Source: Cenococcum geophilum (taxonomy: Eukaryota). From it: a DNA stretch of 64,000 nt. The stretch is from the NCBI GenBank assembly GCA_050273025.1, contig CP158635.1, positions 11,036,001 to 11,100,000 on the forward strand, read 5' to 3'. The notes beneath the pieces were generated by a model. That model was not told the origin of the DNA and made no database searches. It saw only the letters and a program-made list of their open reading frames with translations. The position numbers were made by a program, and so were the translations under genes. Of the stretch, positions 14,250 through 27,200 are shown in pieces. The stretch's first letter is position 1; every line of letters begins with the position of its first letter.

Positions 14250-15548
14250 TGTTATGGGACTGCCCGTAATACGCGCTACGCGGTACGCGTAACTAGTTTC
14301 CTTTCCTTATTTAGTATTGCTTTGTAGATAGTTTATCTACCCCAACGCCCCTATATAAATTTAACAGCAGCTATATTCCTATTAAGCTCTCTAACAATCC
14401 TCTTAAGTCTTTATAACAGCTATATATAGCTATTAATTCTTTAAATCCGATACTTATTTATTTAGCGTTCGCATATAATATATCGTCCTTATAATATTAG
14501 GATTGCTTACCTAGCTAGCTAGACGTTAACGATAGCGTAGAGCTATTACAAACTCTTTATATAGTCTTTAACGTATCTAGTCTAGATTTTTTCTTCTTCC
14601 TTTTTTCTAGCCAGCTACTATATTTAACTTAGCTCTTCTTTTACTAGTATAGTAGCTATAGCAAGAGCTCTAGAACTAGTGTACTAAGATCTAGTTGTTC
14701 TAATTAGACCTTAACGCCTTACGTATTAATATCTACTAGCTCTAGCTTTAGCTCTAGACCTAAATCTACTCCGCCTTAACTACTTGCCTATGCCTTTTTA
14801 ATCCTTCTCGCTTTAATAGTAAGCTTCTTATATTATATATATAGCTCCTATTAGTTAGAGTAAAGCTCCAATTAACTAGCTTAATAGTGCTAACGCGTTC
14901 GACTATATATAGGATCGCCTTAAGTAGTCTCAGCAGGCTTCTATCCTATACATCCGTTAGTTAGCTAAAGATACCCAGTCCTAGGACCCAAAGGATATCT
15001 TCTCTTTTTTTTAGCGCCTTTATTATAACCTAAGAGAATAACAGGAGGCTATTTAGTACTTTTTATCTATACGCTAGAGAGAAGAGGAGCTACTTATTAC
15101 GTACCTTGCTCGCTTTAAGTAGTTTATATATAAGGTCGATACTTCCTCTTAACTAGACGTATTGCGCGTTATAGCACTCCACTATAGCTTCTGTCCTACC
15201 CTCTGCTAGTCTCTTAAGGAGTTAAGCGACTCCCTATTTAGCCTATTGTATAGTAAATACGTTAAGCTTATTTAGCGCCTTAATTGCCGCTTTTATTGCC
15301 CGCTAGTTTAGAACCTACTAGTTTAGAAACTAACCTAAAAACCTATCGCCGCCTATAAATCTATAGACGTTAACTACTAAATCTATACTGCTAACCTTAT
15401 CCCTACTCCCTAGTCTAGAAATAAGTTAAGAGCCCTACCTAGCTTTAGCTTTTGCCTACTATCCGCTACCTTATTGCGATCGCGATTATAATTTTCCTTT
15501 ATTAAGTATTATTTATATCGCCTAAGGACTAGATTTTACCTCTATTAT
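14250..15548 (+). mobile_element. LTR element G: LTR (14250-14418) and gag fragment, truncated by F
   Basis: TGTTATGGGAC..TTATAACA termini. Plus-strand gag-like peptide RQREEELLITYLARFE at ~15070-15120 and a PMDVD-like motif at ~15360. Confidence 0.6.
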
Positions 15549-18500
15549 TGTTATGGAACGAGGGCAGTGGCTATAGAGCGTATGTATTTAAGGAGTCTAT
15601 AAGACGTTACGCGATTAATCGTAAGGGTTAAAGGCGTAAGGAGGTGATATACCTACGCGTAGCTGATATAAGCTATATATAAGGTATATACGAGAGTACG
15701 GGGTTCTCCTATAGAGGCCCCTGCGGTGGGGTTCTATAACACTACCCCCCCCTCCTATAGAGGTGGAGCTCTGGCGACGCTGTGGTTACTATATATATAT
15801 AGAAGGGACACTTAAGGTATAGAAAAGAAGAAAGGGGGGTATTGCTAAAGGTTTAAAACAACGTTATGTAATAAGGCTTAGCATTTAAGAATTTAACTAA
15901 CTAGATAACTTTAACTGCTAGTTAAAGTTCCTAGATATCTTAATAATATTTCGGTTATATAATCGTACTTTACCGCAATCTAACGGTAATCTGCCCTTAT
16001 GTATTGATATATAATAGTTTAACTCTATAAGGGCTCCTATAGAGGATTGGGTATAAAATCTCTGCTTAGGCCTAGTTTCTATAGGTTTGCGTAGTAAAAG
16101 TCGCTAATTAGATCCTTTGCATTTTTAAAGTCTTCCTATAGTTGCTATTCTAGCTAATCTATATTAAATCCTGTGTATATAGCTCTATAGTAGAGCCGTT
16201 ATCCTCTACCTTTACTAAAGTATTTAGAGTTAATAATTTATTTAATAGTCTACTCCTTATAGTTCTTATCTTTATTCTTATCTTAAATTAGTATTAATAG
16301 GGGTTTAGGCTATATTTACCCTAGTAAGGGATTAGGCTAATAAAGGTATAGTAGCTATAGGTAAAATATAGGCCATATCCTACGGGTAACTAAGGTAGGT
16401 AGGAGTTCTAGCTTATATACGGCTCCCCTATTAATAACTTATTTAATTAAATAGGGGCTAAGGTTCTTATAATTAAGTAACTTTATAGGCCTCTATATAG
16501 AGATATTATGTATATTTAGCTATGCCTAGTTTCTAATACGTATCTCTAATAGTAGTGTACTATAGCGGTTAATAAAGTAGGCCTACTTTACTTAAGCCTA
16601 GACTATTTCTCCCTTATAGTAGTTAAGTAGATTTTTTATATAGTCTGCATGCTAGTTAGTAAGTAGTATCTTAAGGCGTTTTCTATATAGTAATTTCTTA
16701 TTAATAGGTTCTAGTGGCTCTATGCCGGATTAGGGGTAATAACCCTTATTTACAAAGAATGGGGTAAGTCCTATAGTAGTTAAGATATAGTTATTCGCTG
16801 TAAATTTACCTAGTGGGAGGTAATCTACCTAGTTATTTTAATTATAGGCGACTACTTATTATAGATACGCTTTTATACTGGCATTAGCGTTTTTTAGTTA
16901 CCTAGTAGTTTTATAGTAGAAGGATATAGATATCTTAACAAAGATGCTAAGGTGTTAGTAGATTCGTCTCTATATATTAGAGTTAAATTATATACCTTAG
17001 TCGGATATAATTAAGTTAGGTAACCTATATAGTTAGTAAACTTCGCGGAAGAAGGTATTAGTAATATTACTAACAGCTACGCCTTTAGTTAGGACATAGT
17101 GGCGCTCTTTTATAAGTTGGCATATTATTATAAGGATGTTCTTATAGGTACGGCCATGTTATTTATAGGGTGGTAGGTTAATAATAAAATTTATGGTAAT
17201 ATCTGCCTATTATTATATAGGTACTAGTAAAGGGTATAAGAGTCCTTAATACTTTATATTAAAGGCCTTAGCGGGCTTATAACTATAGTAGGCGCCTATA
17301 AAGCATTTAACTAAGTCTATTATTTTTTAGCTAGAAGTAGTATTAGCTAAGAAGCTTATAGGTTCCTTCTTTACCTAAATGGCCGCTTAATTAGAGGTTA
17401 TAGGCTATTTAGATTAGTTGCCGTTATAAATTTTCTAAGTTAGGGATAAATAGGCGACCTCTATAATAGAGCCTGTTCTCTTTTACTTTTAAAGCTGCTA
17501 TATTAATTTAGCCTAAGCTTTAGAGGTTAGTAGGTAGTATATAGGCGCTGGCGGTCTCTATGGTAATAAGTTAATATAGTAATAGGTTAATAGAGGTGTT
17601 ATATACCGTGGTAATAAGCTTATTAATTTTAGGAGGTAACTTTAGTTCTGTAGTATAAAGCTAAGGTATAGTTCGCTTTATTATAGGTAGTATGCCTAGG
17701 GCCAAATTTTGTGCTTTTAGAATCGTTTATTATTAGAACTAATTATAAGAATTATCTTTAAACTAAGGAAGGTCTTACGAGCGGTGTATTAGGCTATTAG
17801 GTTTAGTACCTTATACTTTTAGTCTATATATAATTTTAAAGTTAAAACTAGAGAGGAACTTATTCTAATATACTTAGTATTAGTTTAGCTACTTTATGGT
17901 TATAAAGTACTTAAGGTTGCGATGGTCTATAAGGACTTTAGTTAGCTAGTTAGGCTCTACTAAAGAGAGTTTTAGTTAGAATTTTTTAAACGCTTATATA
18001 ATTATAAGGAGTTCTTTATTATAGATCTTATAGTTATACTCTTATAGTATAAGCTTAGATAAGTAGAATATAACTAGGTAAAAAAGACCATTATTACCTA
18101 TCTAGAAAAGGACGCCTGCGTTAACATAGTTTAAGGAGTCGGTTTTAAGATAGAGTTATTGTCCTGGTGTAAAGTAAGCTAGGATAAGTATTTTAGTAAA
18201 GGCATTTTTAAGGTCTTAGAACGCCTTCTTATATTTAGGCGTCTAGGTAAAGCGTAAGTACGTTTTTCTTCCTTTTACAGAAAGGCCCTTCGTTTATATT
18301 ATTACTATAAGTAGTGCTACTACGTCTAAGAAGTTATATATAAATTTCTAATAGAAGTTAACAAAACTAAAAAAGGCTTATACGTCCTTAATATAGTTAG
18401 GGGCTTACTATTTAGTAATTATATATACCTTCTTAGGGTCTATACGGACACCCTTAGTAGTAATAATTAGTTTAAGGTATTTTACTTCTGTAACTAAGAA

Positions 18501-21500
18501 TTTATATTTCTTTAAATTAATATAAAGTCCTATATTCCTAAGGCGCTATAAAACCTTTTAAATATATTTAGTATGGTTAGAAGGGTTATTACTATAAATA
18601 AGTATATCGTCTAGGTACGTAGAGTAGAAGTTATTAAGGTAGTCCTATAAGGTGTTATTAATATAGCTTTAAAAGGTGCCTAGGCTGTTATATACGCTAA
18701 AGGGTATAATAGTATATTTAAATTGGCCGAAGCGCAATATAAATGCGATTTTCTATTTAATACCTTTTTTTATTTAGAGATAGTTAAAGGCGGCGATAAT
18801 ATCGAGCTTAGTATAGATTTTGGCTTAGGTAAGCCGCTTAAGGGTCTCCTATATAAGCGGTACTAGGTATTAGTTTTTAATTATAATAGCGTTAAGTCCT
18901 CTATAATTAATATATAATTAAATACCTCCTTCTAGCTTTTTAGCAAAAAGGATAGGAGTAGCTACTAATAATATGCTAGGACGAATAAACCCTTTATTAA
19001 GGTGCTCGTTAATATACTTTCTTATAACTAGAAGTTTATTTTTTAATATTAGTTAAGATCTTTTATAAGGTAGCGTTTTTCTTTATTTAATATTAATAGT
19101 ATAGTTATTAGGTTAATATAGGGGGAGTATATCTACGCCCTTTTTATAAGTATATGTTAATAAAGTCGTAGTACCTCTTAGGGAGGAGCTTATGGAGTTT
19201 TTTTATTAGTAAGTCCTTTTTTAAGTTTTATAAACTTTTTAAAGTCTAAAGGTAAAAGTCCGTAGAGTTCCACAGAGGCGTTATCTTCTAGAAAGTTAAC
19301 TATATCTATCCTATTACTATAAAGGACGTAGTTTTATTCTTTATTAAGCTTATATAGTTATAATTAGGAAGCTATAGCAACAGTCTAGCCTTTCCTATAT
19401 ATTATGCGGTAGAAGGCCGCGGCACTTATATAGTAGAAGTTAATCATAGATAGGGTAATAAGGGGTTACTTAGGTTAATATCCTAGTAAGTAAATAAAGG
19501 TGGCTAGGCTATATCCTAGGCAAGTCTCTCTATAGTATTTAAAGTTAAAGGTTGCTTCTCTCTTTTCCTAGTTAATAGTAGGGTTATATTATTCGAGCTA
19601 GCTTATTCTAAGGATAATAGGGTAGTTAGTAAGTAGTATAATATAGGCCTAAAGCTCTTTCTAGTGCCCGTTTATATTTAAGTAGAATTATACTATATAG
19701 GTAATCTTCTATATAGTATAACTACCGTTAGCGAGTTATAGGGCGCGGGCTTTAGTAAGGGGTAAGGTAGGTAGGTTATAAGTATATATAAGTTAGGTAT
19801 CTATAAATTAGTTAATAGCTTCGCAGTTAATTATAGAACGGCTTTTATATTATTTTATGGCAGTAGTTCCTATTATAGGTAAAACTATCTATTTCCGTCT
19901 ATTTATCTTTACTAAGTTATCTATTAAGTAGGCTAATATATAGATCCCTCTATTATTAGGGCGTTTTAACCTATAACTTAGGGCTAGGGCTTAATATTTT
20001 CCGCTTCTATATCCAATTCTACTGCTATTACTACATTTTTATCTTATATAGTAGTAGCGTGTAGTAATGTATTTAATATTTAGGGCATTAGGTTAGGTAT
20101 TAGGCGGTAGGTATTAAACCTAGCTATTAGGCAGTTTAGGTTATTATAATAATAGTCTTTTTAACGGCATCTATAGCAGCGTCCTAGTTTCTAAAGTAGC
20201 TCGCGCTTTTTATCTAGGAGTTTTTACAGAAAGGTTAGTATAGAGAGGTTAATATTAGCTCTAGTGGTACTTAAGGTAGTAGGTGTTGGTGGCTTAATAT
20301 ATATAGGTTTAGTAGGCCCAAAGGGCTTCTATAAAGAGGTCTTTAAATAAGGGTTAGTAGTAGCAATCTAATTTAGTTATTATTTAATCTTCTATAGGGC
20401 TACTACTATTTTATAAATATTGTTATAGTTATAGCTGGCGACTACGTAATTAAGGTAATAGGTAACTTTTTTAAGGAGATCCTTTTAGTTTTTAATATCG
20501 TCTTAGGCAAGGGCTCTGGTATATTCCTAGAATTTAATATAAAATTTATTAAATAATTAAGTAGGGCTTATCTTTAGGGTATATAGTTTAGCTTAATTAG
20601 TAGCTAGTAGGTTATAGTCGCGGTATATTAGGTTGAGATTATTAAGAACTTTTTAGTAAAACTACTACTTTTAGGGGCTACTAGTCTTTTATTAGGCGAA
20701 GATTCTATTAAATAGTATACCCTTTATTCGCCCAATAATATAGCTAATCTTAATATCTTCTGTAGGAAAAAAGTAGGCACTCTAAGTTAGTTTCTTGCGG
20801 ATTTATATCTTCTAGTAGCTATATTCCTTACAGTCTCCTTAAAAGACTAGGGGATTAAGGTAGCGTATATTAAACCCTATAGTAGTAGTTTAGGTCCAAT
20901 TATTATAGCTTTTATTATTGCTACTTTAGTAGGGGTTCCTATTAGGTAAAGCTGCTTAACGCTAACCCTCTATTAAGCGTTAAGTAGGTAAAGTTGCCTA
21001 GGGTATAAAAACTTAGGTAGCGTTATATATAGTAAAGAGGTATCTAGCGTTATTACAAATATGCTTATTAAGCCAAGATTATAGGTATTTAATTATACCT
21101 TCTTTTTTAGTAACTGTAGTAATTAGTGCAATTTTATTCTTCTTTAACTATTAAACGTCGCATTTAGACACATAGAGGTCATCTTTAGTTTCTTAATATA
21201 TATTATTAGCAAGCGCCTTATAAGCTTATAGGTCTTAAATAATATTGCGATCTTAGGTAGTACGCATCTTAGCTTATATAAGCTTTAAGTAGTAGTTCTA
21301 TAGAAGGCGGTAGTATTTATTAGAGTCTTGTGCTACTATTTTTATAAATATCTTAGCGTCTTATATTTTAATTTTAATAGGTAATAGCCCTTTTATTTAC
21401 TTGTCTATAGTTATATAGTTAATAAAAAAATAAGATATTATTGGTGTCCATCTCCTTAGGGGTTAAGGCTAGGGCTAATAAATTAAATTCTCTTAGGATT

Positions 21501-21903
21501 AATTAGCGTTATAAGTTAAGTATAGGTATTAAATTATTCTTTAGGTTTAATATAGTAGCTAGTAAGGAATATTATCTTACTATTATAGGTTCCTTAGAAG
21601 TATAAAGTAAGGTAATTTATAGATACGCTACTTTTAGTAGCGCCTACAGTATTATAAAGATATAGAATTAGTTATAGGCTAAGCATTAGTAGTAAAAAGG
21701 CGTAACGTAATGTTATAGGACGGGGGCAGTGGCTATAAAGCGTATGTATTTAAGGAGTTTATAAGACGTTGCGCGATCGATTGTAAGGGTTAAGGGCGTA
21801 AGGAGGTGATATACCTACGCGTAGCTAATATAAGCTGTACGCGAGGTGTATATAAGAGCACGGGGCTCTCCTATGGAGGCCCTTCCGGTGGGATTCCATG
21901 ACA
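15549..21903 (-). mobile_element. Ty3/Gypsy chromovirus F, full length, RIP'd
   Basis: 193-bp LTRs at 15549-15741 and 21711-21903. G-rich PPT at 15742-15755 (minus strand). TYLDDILIYS at ~18592-18620. Chromodomain ~16090-16260. Flanks ATTAT/ATAAA do not match. Confidence 0.92.
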
Positions 21904-22806
21904 ATAAATCTAAAAAAGGCCTAGAAATTAATATAATAATAGGCTAATAAGTATAGGCGAGAGCCTAACTTTGCTATAGGAGATATAGTTTAGGTTATAA
22001 CAAAAAACTAAAAAATGGAACGACTTAGTTATAAGCTAGACTATTAAATAGTAGGACTATATAAGGTTCTTAAGGGAATAGGCAACGTATATAAAGTAAA
22101 GCTCTTAAATTTAATTAAAGTTTACCCTATTTTTTTGAGATAAACTATAGAAAGTCGTAAACGGCCTATTACCTAGATAAAAGAATAAACCTCCCCTACC
22201 GATTTAAGTTAATAGTAACAATAAATAGGAAATTAAAGAAATACTGGCCTATAAGCTTGTAAGGGGAACGTTAAAATATTGTATTAGTTAGAGAGGGTAT
22301 AACCTAGACCCTACTTAATACCCTATATAGAACTTTATAGGTAGTCCCTATAGGCTTTAAGAGTTTTATAGTTATTACCCTAATAAACCTAAACCCCTAA
22401 AGTACCTTAATAAGTAGATAAAGTGCTAGAATAGCGAAGATAATAAGCTGCCTATTAAGTATAAAGATAAGAATACCCTATAGATATAATATAGACGTAT
22501 AAAGCCTAAGGGTAGGTTTTTTTAGAGGGGGGGGGGTAATATTACAGCGCTAGTGGAAACTGGTAAATTATAGCTAATAGATATTGGTAGATTATAGTAA
22601 ATAGTTATAGATAGTCGTAGATAGTTTTATATAGTTCTAGACAATTGCCGTTATATAACTAGAGGATTTTATATAACGTTAAGCGGCGCTACCCTCCGTC
22701 TCCTTTTCTTTCTTTAGCTTTAGATCCTCGTTTATAGACTACTAATCGTATAGGCTTACGCGTCCCTTTTGCCGTACTTATACCTTAACTAACTAAGTTA
22801 CTAACA
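21904..22806 (+). mobile_element. E-family Gypsy 3' end: integrase tail, chromodomain, PPT and 3' LTR (22540-22806)
   Basis: De-RIP RPSxKLDYQMAGPY at ~22020-22065 and EWEIEEIL..VSWRGYDPDPTWYP at ~22225-22325. Poly-G PPT at 22525-22536. Confidence 0.85.
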
Positions 22807-23584
22807 TCTAATTAATTCTAAGTTACTAGAGGGGGAAAACGTCGCTATTATACCGGAGGACGGTAGTAAGAAAGAGGTAGTTAATAAAGATAAGGCTCTA
22901 TCTTCTATAGAGCAACGTTAGCTAGATTCCTTAGCTAGTAATAATAACTTACTAGGCGAGCGCTCAACTATACCTTTTAGCTAGTAATTGTCGTTCTTAG
23001 TAAATCCTAGCCCTTATTATACCCTTCTACTATATATGCTTAAGCTACGCCGCTAACTATAAGAAAACGCGCTATTAAATAAGCTACCTAAATAAGTAAG
23101 AAAGATGCACAATATTAGCGTAGAAAGAAAAGAACTGTAAATAGGCTAAAAGAGAGTATTAGACCTTATATCGCAAGAGATTAGGGCTGCGCAAGAACTG
23201 CTTAGTTAAAAGCCGCCTCTAAAAAAAGCTTTAATAGAGTTTATAAAGGAGTTTAAAGAAATGGACCTTAACAACTAGGTGCTTACTCTATAAGCCTTTA
23301 TAGTAAAAATAATAATAAGATCTTTTTTAGTTATAACTAAGGAGCTACGGAAGAGGCTAATTAATAAAATCCTAGTAATAATAAAGAAGAAGGAAGAAGT
23401 TAAGGTTAGTAGAGGAAGTAGTAATTAAAGTTTAAGGTTAATATAAGCTACTACTTCTACTTTACTTTACTAATTTCTTTGCTACCTAGATAAGAATATA
23501 TTTTATATATTTTATATATATAAATTAAATTAGATCTTAGGGCCGCTAAAAAGCCTATAGGTAAAGCTAAAGCAACCGTACTCT
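22807..23584 (+). pseudogene. RIP'd coding remnant resembling the C-terminus of a Myb/SANT-like accessory protein of PIF/Harbinger elements
   Basis: De-RIP LEKALMEFMKEFEEMDLDDQVLALQAF..KIFLVMTKELRKRLIDEIL at ~23220-23375. Family assigned from motif resemblance only. Confidence 0.35.
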
Positions 23585-24251
23585 GTACGTAATTAATTAG
23601 TAAAAGGATAAATAGCGTATTACCTATAGATAGACGGTTAAATAAAAAAGATTAAATTAGATACTAGAGCAGTATTTAAGGTATTATATTAATTATATAT
23701 AGAATAATTAAGTATTATTATTACTAGTTATATAGTTTATATATAACGTAATACTACAGAAAGGTATAGAGATATTACCATTTTATGCGAATTATAGATA
23801 TAAGCTTAAAATATTATTATTACTAAAATAAGTAAAGAAAATAAGTAAAATAGCTAAGTAAAAAAATTAAGACTTTAATAAATCTTTATAAAGACCTTTA
23901 TTTTATAGTAAAGTTAATATTAAAAAAATAATAAAGTATTATAATACTAAGAGATTTAAGGGGTTAGATCTTAAGGAGGGGTATTATAAACGCTTTAAGT
24001 ACAATATTACAACTACTTAGAGAGGAGTTAGAAGAAGCTAGTTAATTAATTTAGGTACGGTCTAGAATGGAGCCGATAGAACTATATAACGAGGAATAGT
24101 AACTAAGGTTATATAACGTGATCTATATAATCTATAGGATCTATATAATCTATAATAGAGTAGATAAAGTATACGTACCTTACGTATAAAGGGGATTTCT
24201 TAGAAGTACGGTTGTGTATTTAAAGGACCATAGTCCCTACCTAGATAGTTC

Positions 24252-27200
24252 TGTCAGATAACTCATATAGAGCTATTCATTAATGAAATGGGTTAATTGA
24301 TTAATAATCTTAATCGTTTATTGACCTCGGGCCCCTAGGGCTCTATAAAGATATTAACGATGCACAACCCTATGCACGTGACTCGTGCACGTCCTATGCT
24401 ACCGAGAATATAGATTATCTAACAGCAATATCTGCAATATCTGCAATATCTGCAATATCTACAATATCTGCAATATCTGCAATATCTATAATATCTGCAA
24501 TATCTGCAATATTACAAATATCTAACATACCCCCTTAGCTTTAACCTGGTCGAGGACAAAGCTAGCCACCTTCTTGTGTCCGTCCATGCGTTAATTAAAC
24601 CGTAATCTTATCTAAATCCTTCCGTCTCGCCCTAATCTTCTCTCTTAGGTCTTCCAGTTGCTTCTCCTCATTTAGCCGCTCCTTAATATCTACTATTCTA
24701 ATTATATTAACAAAGCTCTTAAACCTCTGCTTAGGCAGGGCCTTCGTAAGTCCATCAGCGATTATCTCCTTTATCGCTTTTTATTATAATAGCACTTGTC
24801 TTATTACATATTCTTAACGCAACTAGTATTAATAGATGTTAACATATTAGAGCTCTGTGATTAGCTTTGCCGTATCTTTTATAATTAGTTAGAGTGTCTA
24901 GACGTTGTCGCAGTTAATAATTAAGGGCTTGTTTAGGTGTAATATTATTACTTTAAATAGCCTGCTAATAAAGATAGCTTCCTTTACTATCTGTAATAGG
25001 GCTAATAACTTAGCTTCTGTGCTTAACGTCGTAACAGTACCCTGCTTATTTGCTCTCCAGGCGATCGGTCCCCTAAATAGCTTTATAATATATCCTTATA
25101 AGCTCTTTCTGTCGACAGAGTTATCCGTAAATAATGCGTCACTAGCATAGATAAATAATTACGCTTTACTTCTACCGTCTCTTCCATCGTCTTGTCCTTT
25201 GTCATATATTCCTTTATCTCTCCCTCTACCGTTTATTCCTTCCTTGTCTCCTCTATAGTAGATTACTCTACTCCTCGTGCTATATAGGTACTGGAGTACT
25301 CTATCTACCGCTTAATAGTGCTTATAGCTTGGGTTCTAATTAAACCTTACCAGCCGTAATACTGTAAAAGCAATATCTAGACGCGTTATAGTGGCTATAT
25401 AGAGTACTAAACCCAGTTTTCTCTAATATAGCATTGTAGAAGCTAGTAGGGATATAGGACGGACTAATAGGTCTGTATTAGAGGACGGACGCGTTAGACG
25501 GATTATACGGTAATCGGTAGGGAGGAGTTCCAATTCTGCCATAGGAGTGTCTAAAAAACGCCCTCTAAAATCTATCTTATACTAATTAGCTATCTTCTTA
25601 ATATAGGCTTTCTAGGATAGCTATAAAAGCCTTTAGGTATAATTATATAGCACGTAGATTCCTAGGAACCATTTTAGCTCGCTAAGGGTACTTATCTAAT
25701 ATTCCTTACTTAGCTCCTTAATTACTTCTTAAGCTTTCTTCTTATCTATCTTTTAGTAGTAGAAGACAATATCATTAACATAGAAGAAGACAACTATTCT
25801 ACCTTTTAGCATGATATATGGCTCCTAGGGTACTTCTTTAAAACCCAATTCGTTTAATAAGCTTGTAAGATTCTTTTACTATAATAGTGGTAATTATTAT
25901 AGTCTGTATAGGGCTTTTCTTAAGCGCAGTACTTTGTCTATCTTTCTTTTATTAAACCCTAGCGGTAGCTTTATATAGATAACCTCGTTAAAATCGCAAT
26001 AGACAAACGCATTAACTGCATTTATCTATATCGTCTCTAGGTCGAATTTTATAGTAATCGCTATAAGGGTTTGGAAGGTCGTACTAGCTAATATAGTGGC
26101 TCTTATAGGTAGGTCTCCTAGGGCCTATTAATTTCCGTAAACTACTAAGCGTGCCTTATATTTCTAGAGAAATCCATACTTATCTATCTTGTAGACGAAT
26201 ACCTACATTAAGCTAAGGACCTACTATCCCTTTATATACTTCTTATCTGTTTCTTAAAACGACCTTATTTAATAATAAGATTGGAGATAGGCTCGTTAAG
26301 CCTCTTAGAACTAATCTTAAAGAGGATACGTATTAAGGTCCCAGATTAACTAGGGTGGCGAAGGTAGATTCTTCCTATATAATCTAACATCGCGTATTCT
26401 GCCTAATTTCAGCTTACTATCGTTAAGTTGATTATTAAGGTTAAACTTCTTTCCTACTAAGAAGGCGCCGTAATAGGCTAACGTAATCCTTTTAGTAATA
26501 AAGTCTTTAAACCTATTATCGCTAGCTTCCTTAAATAAGTCTTTAACTAAGTTATTAAACACCCCCTAAGTGTTAAACGCATCTCCTACTTAATAAGTAA
26601 TGTTTTAATTAGTACCTTATACATTTAACTTTATAGGATACTTAACATAAAAAGCATATAGAGATTCTTTATCTTCTTCTATTAGAGGTGGTGTATAGTA
26701 TATATCTTTAAGAGCTCTTGCAAGCTTAAGATCTGCTAACTTATTAAAGGCTTAAACTGGCTTATTAACGTCATTGTCTTCCTCTTAAATTAACGGTTTA
26801 AATACTTCTTTATTGTCTTCCAGAAGGACCTTGTTCTTAGTCTAGGTATTAAGTAGTTAAATCTTCTTAATTAGTGTATCTAATTTAGCGTATAGGTCCT
26901 CTAAGATATCCGTTTACTTACCGTTAAAGAATGTCTTTTTATTAAAGATGACATCCCTTATAGAGATGATAATACCCTTATATAGGATCTAGATCCTATA
27001 GATATTGGTAGAGTTATAGCCGACAAGATAGCTAATATAGGCTTGCAGATCTAGCTTGCTTAGCCTTTTCTTCCTTAGCTAGGCGTCTAATATCATTGCA
27101 TACGCCCTACAGCCGTAGGCTTTTAGGTGCGCTAGTTGCGGCTTTCTTAATCTCCTATTGGCTAGGAAGGTATAGAACCTCTTATATAGTAATATCCAAC

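Noticed and set aside
12823..22812. Possible 6-bp TSD CCTAAT/TCTAAT making E a single insertion
   Set aside because: Low-complexity flanks, atypical TSD length and divergent LTRs; not excluded but unsupported.
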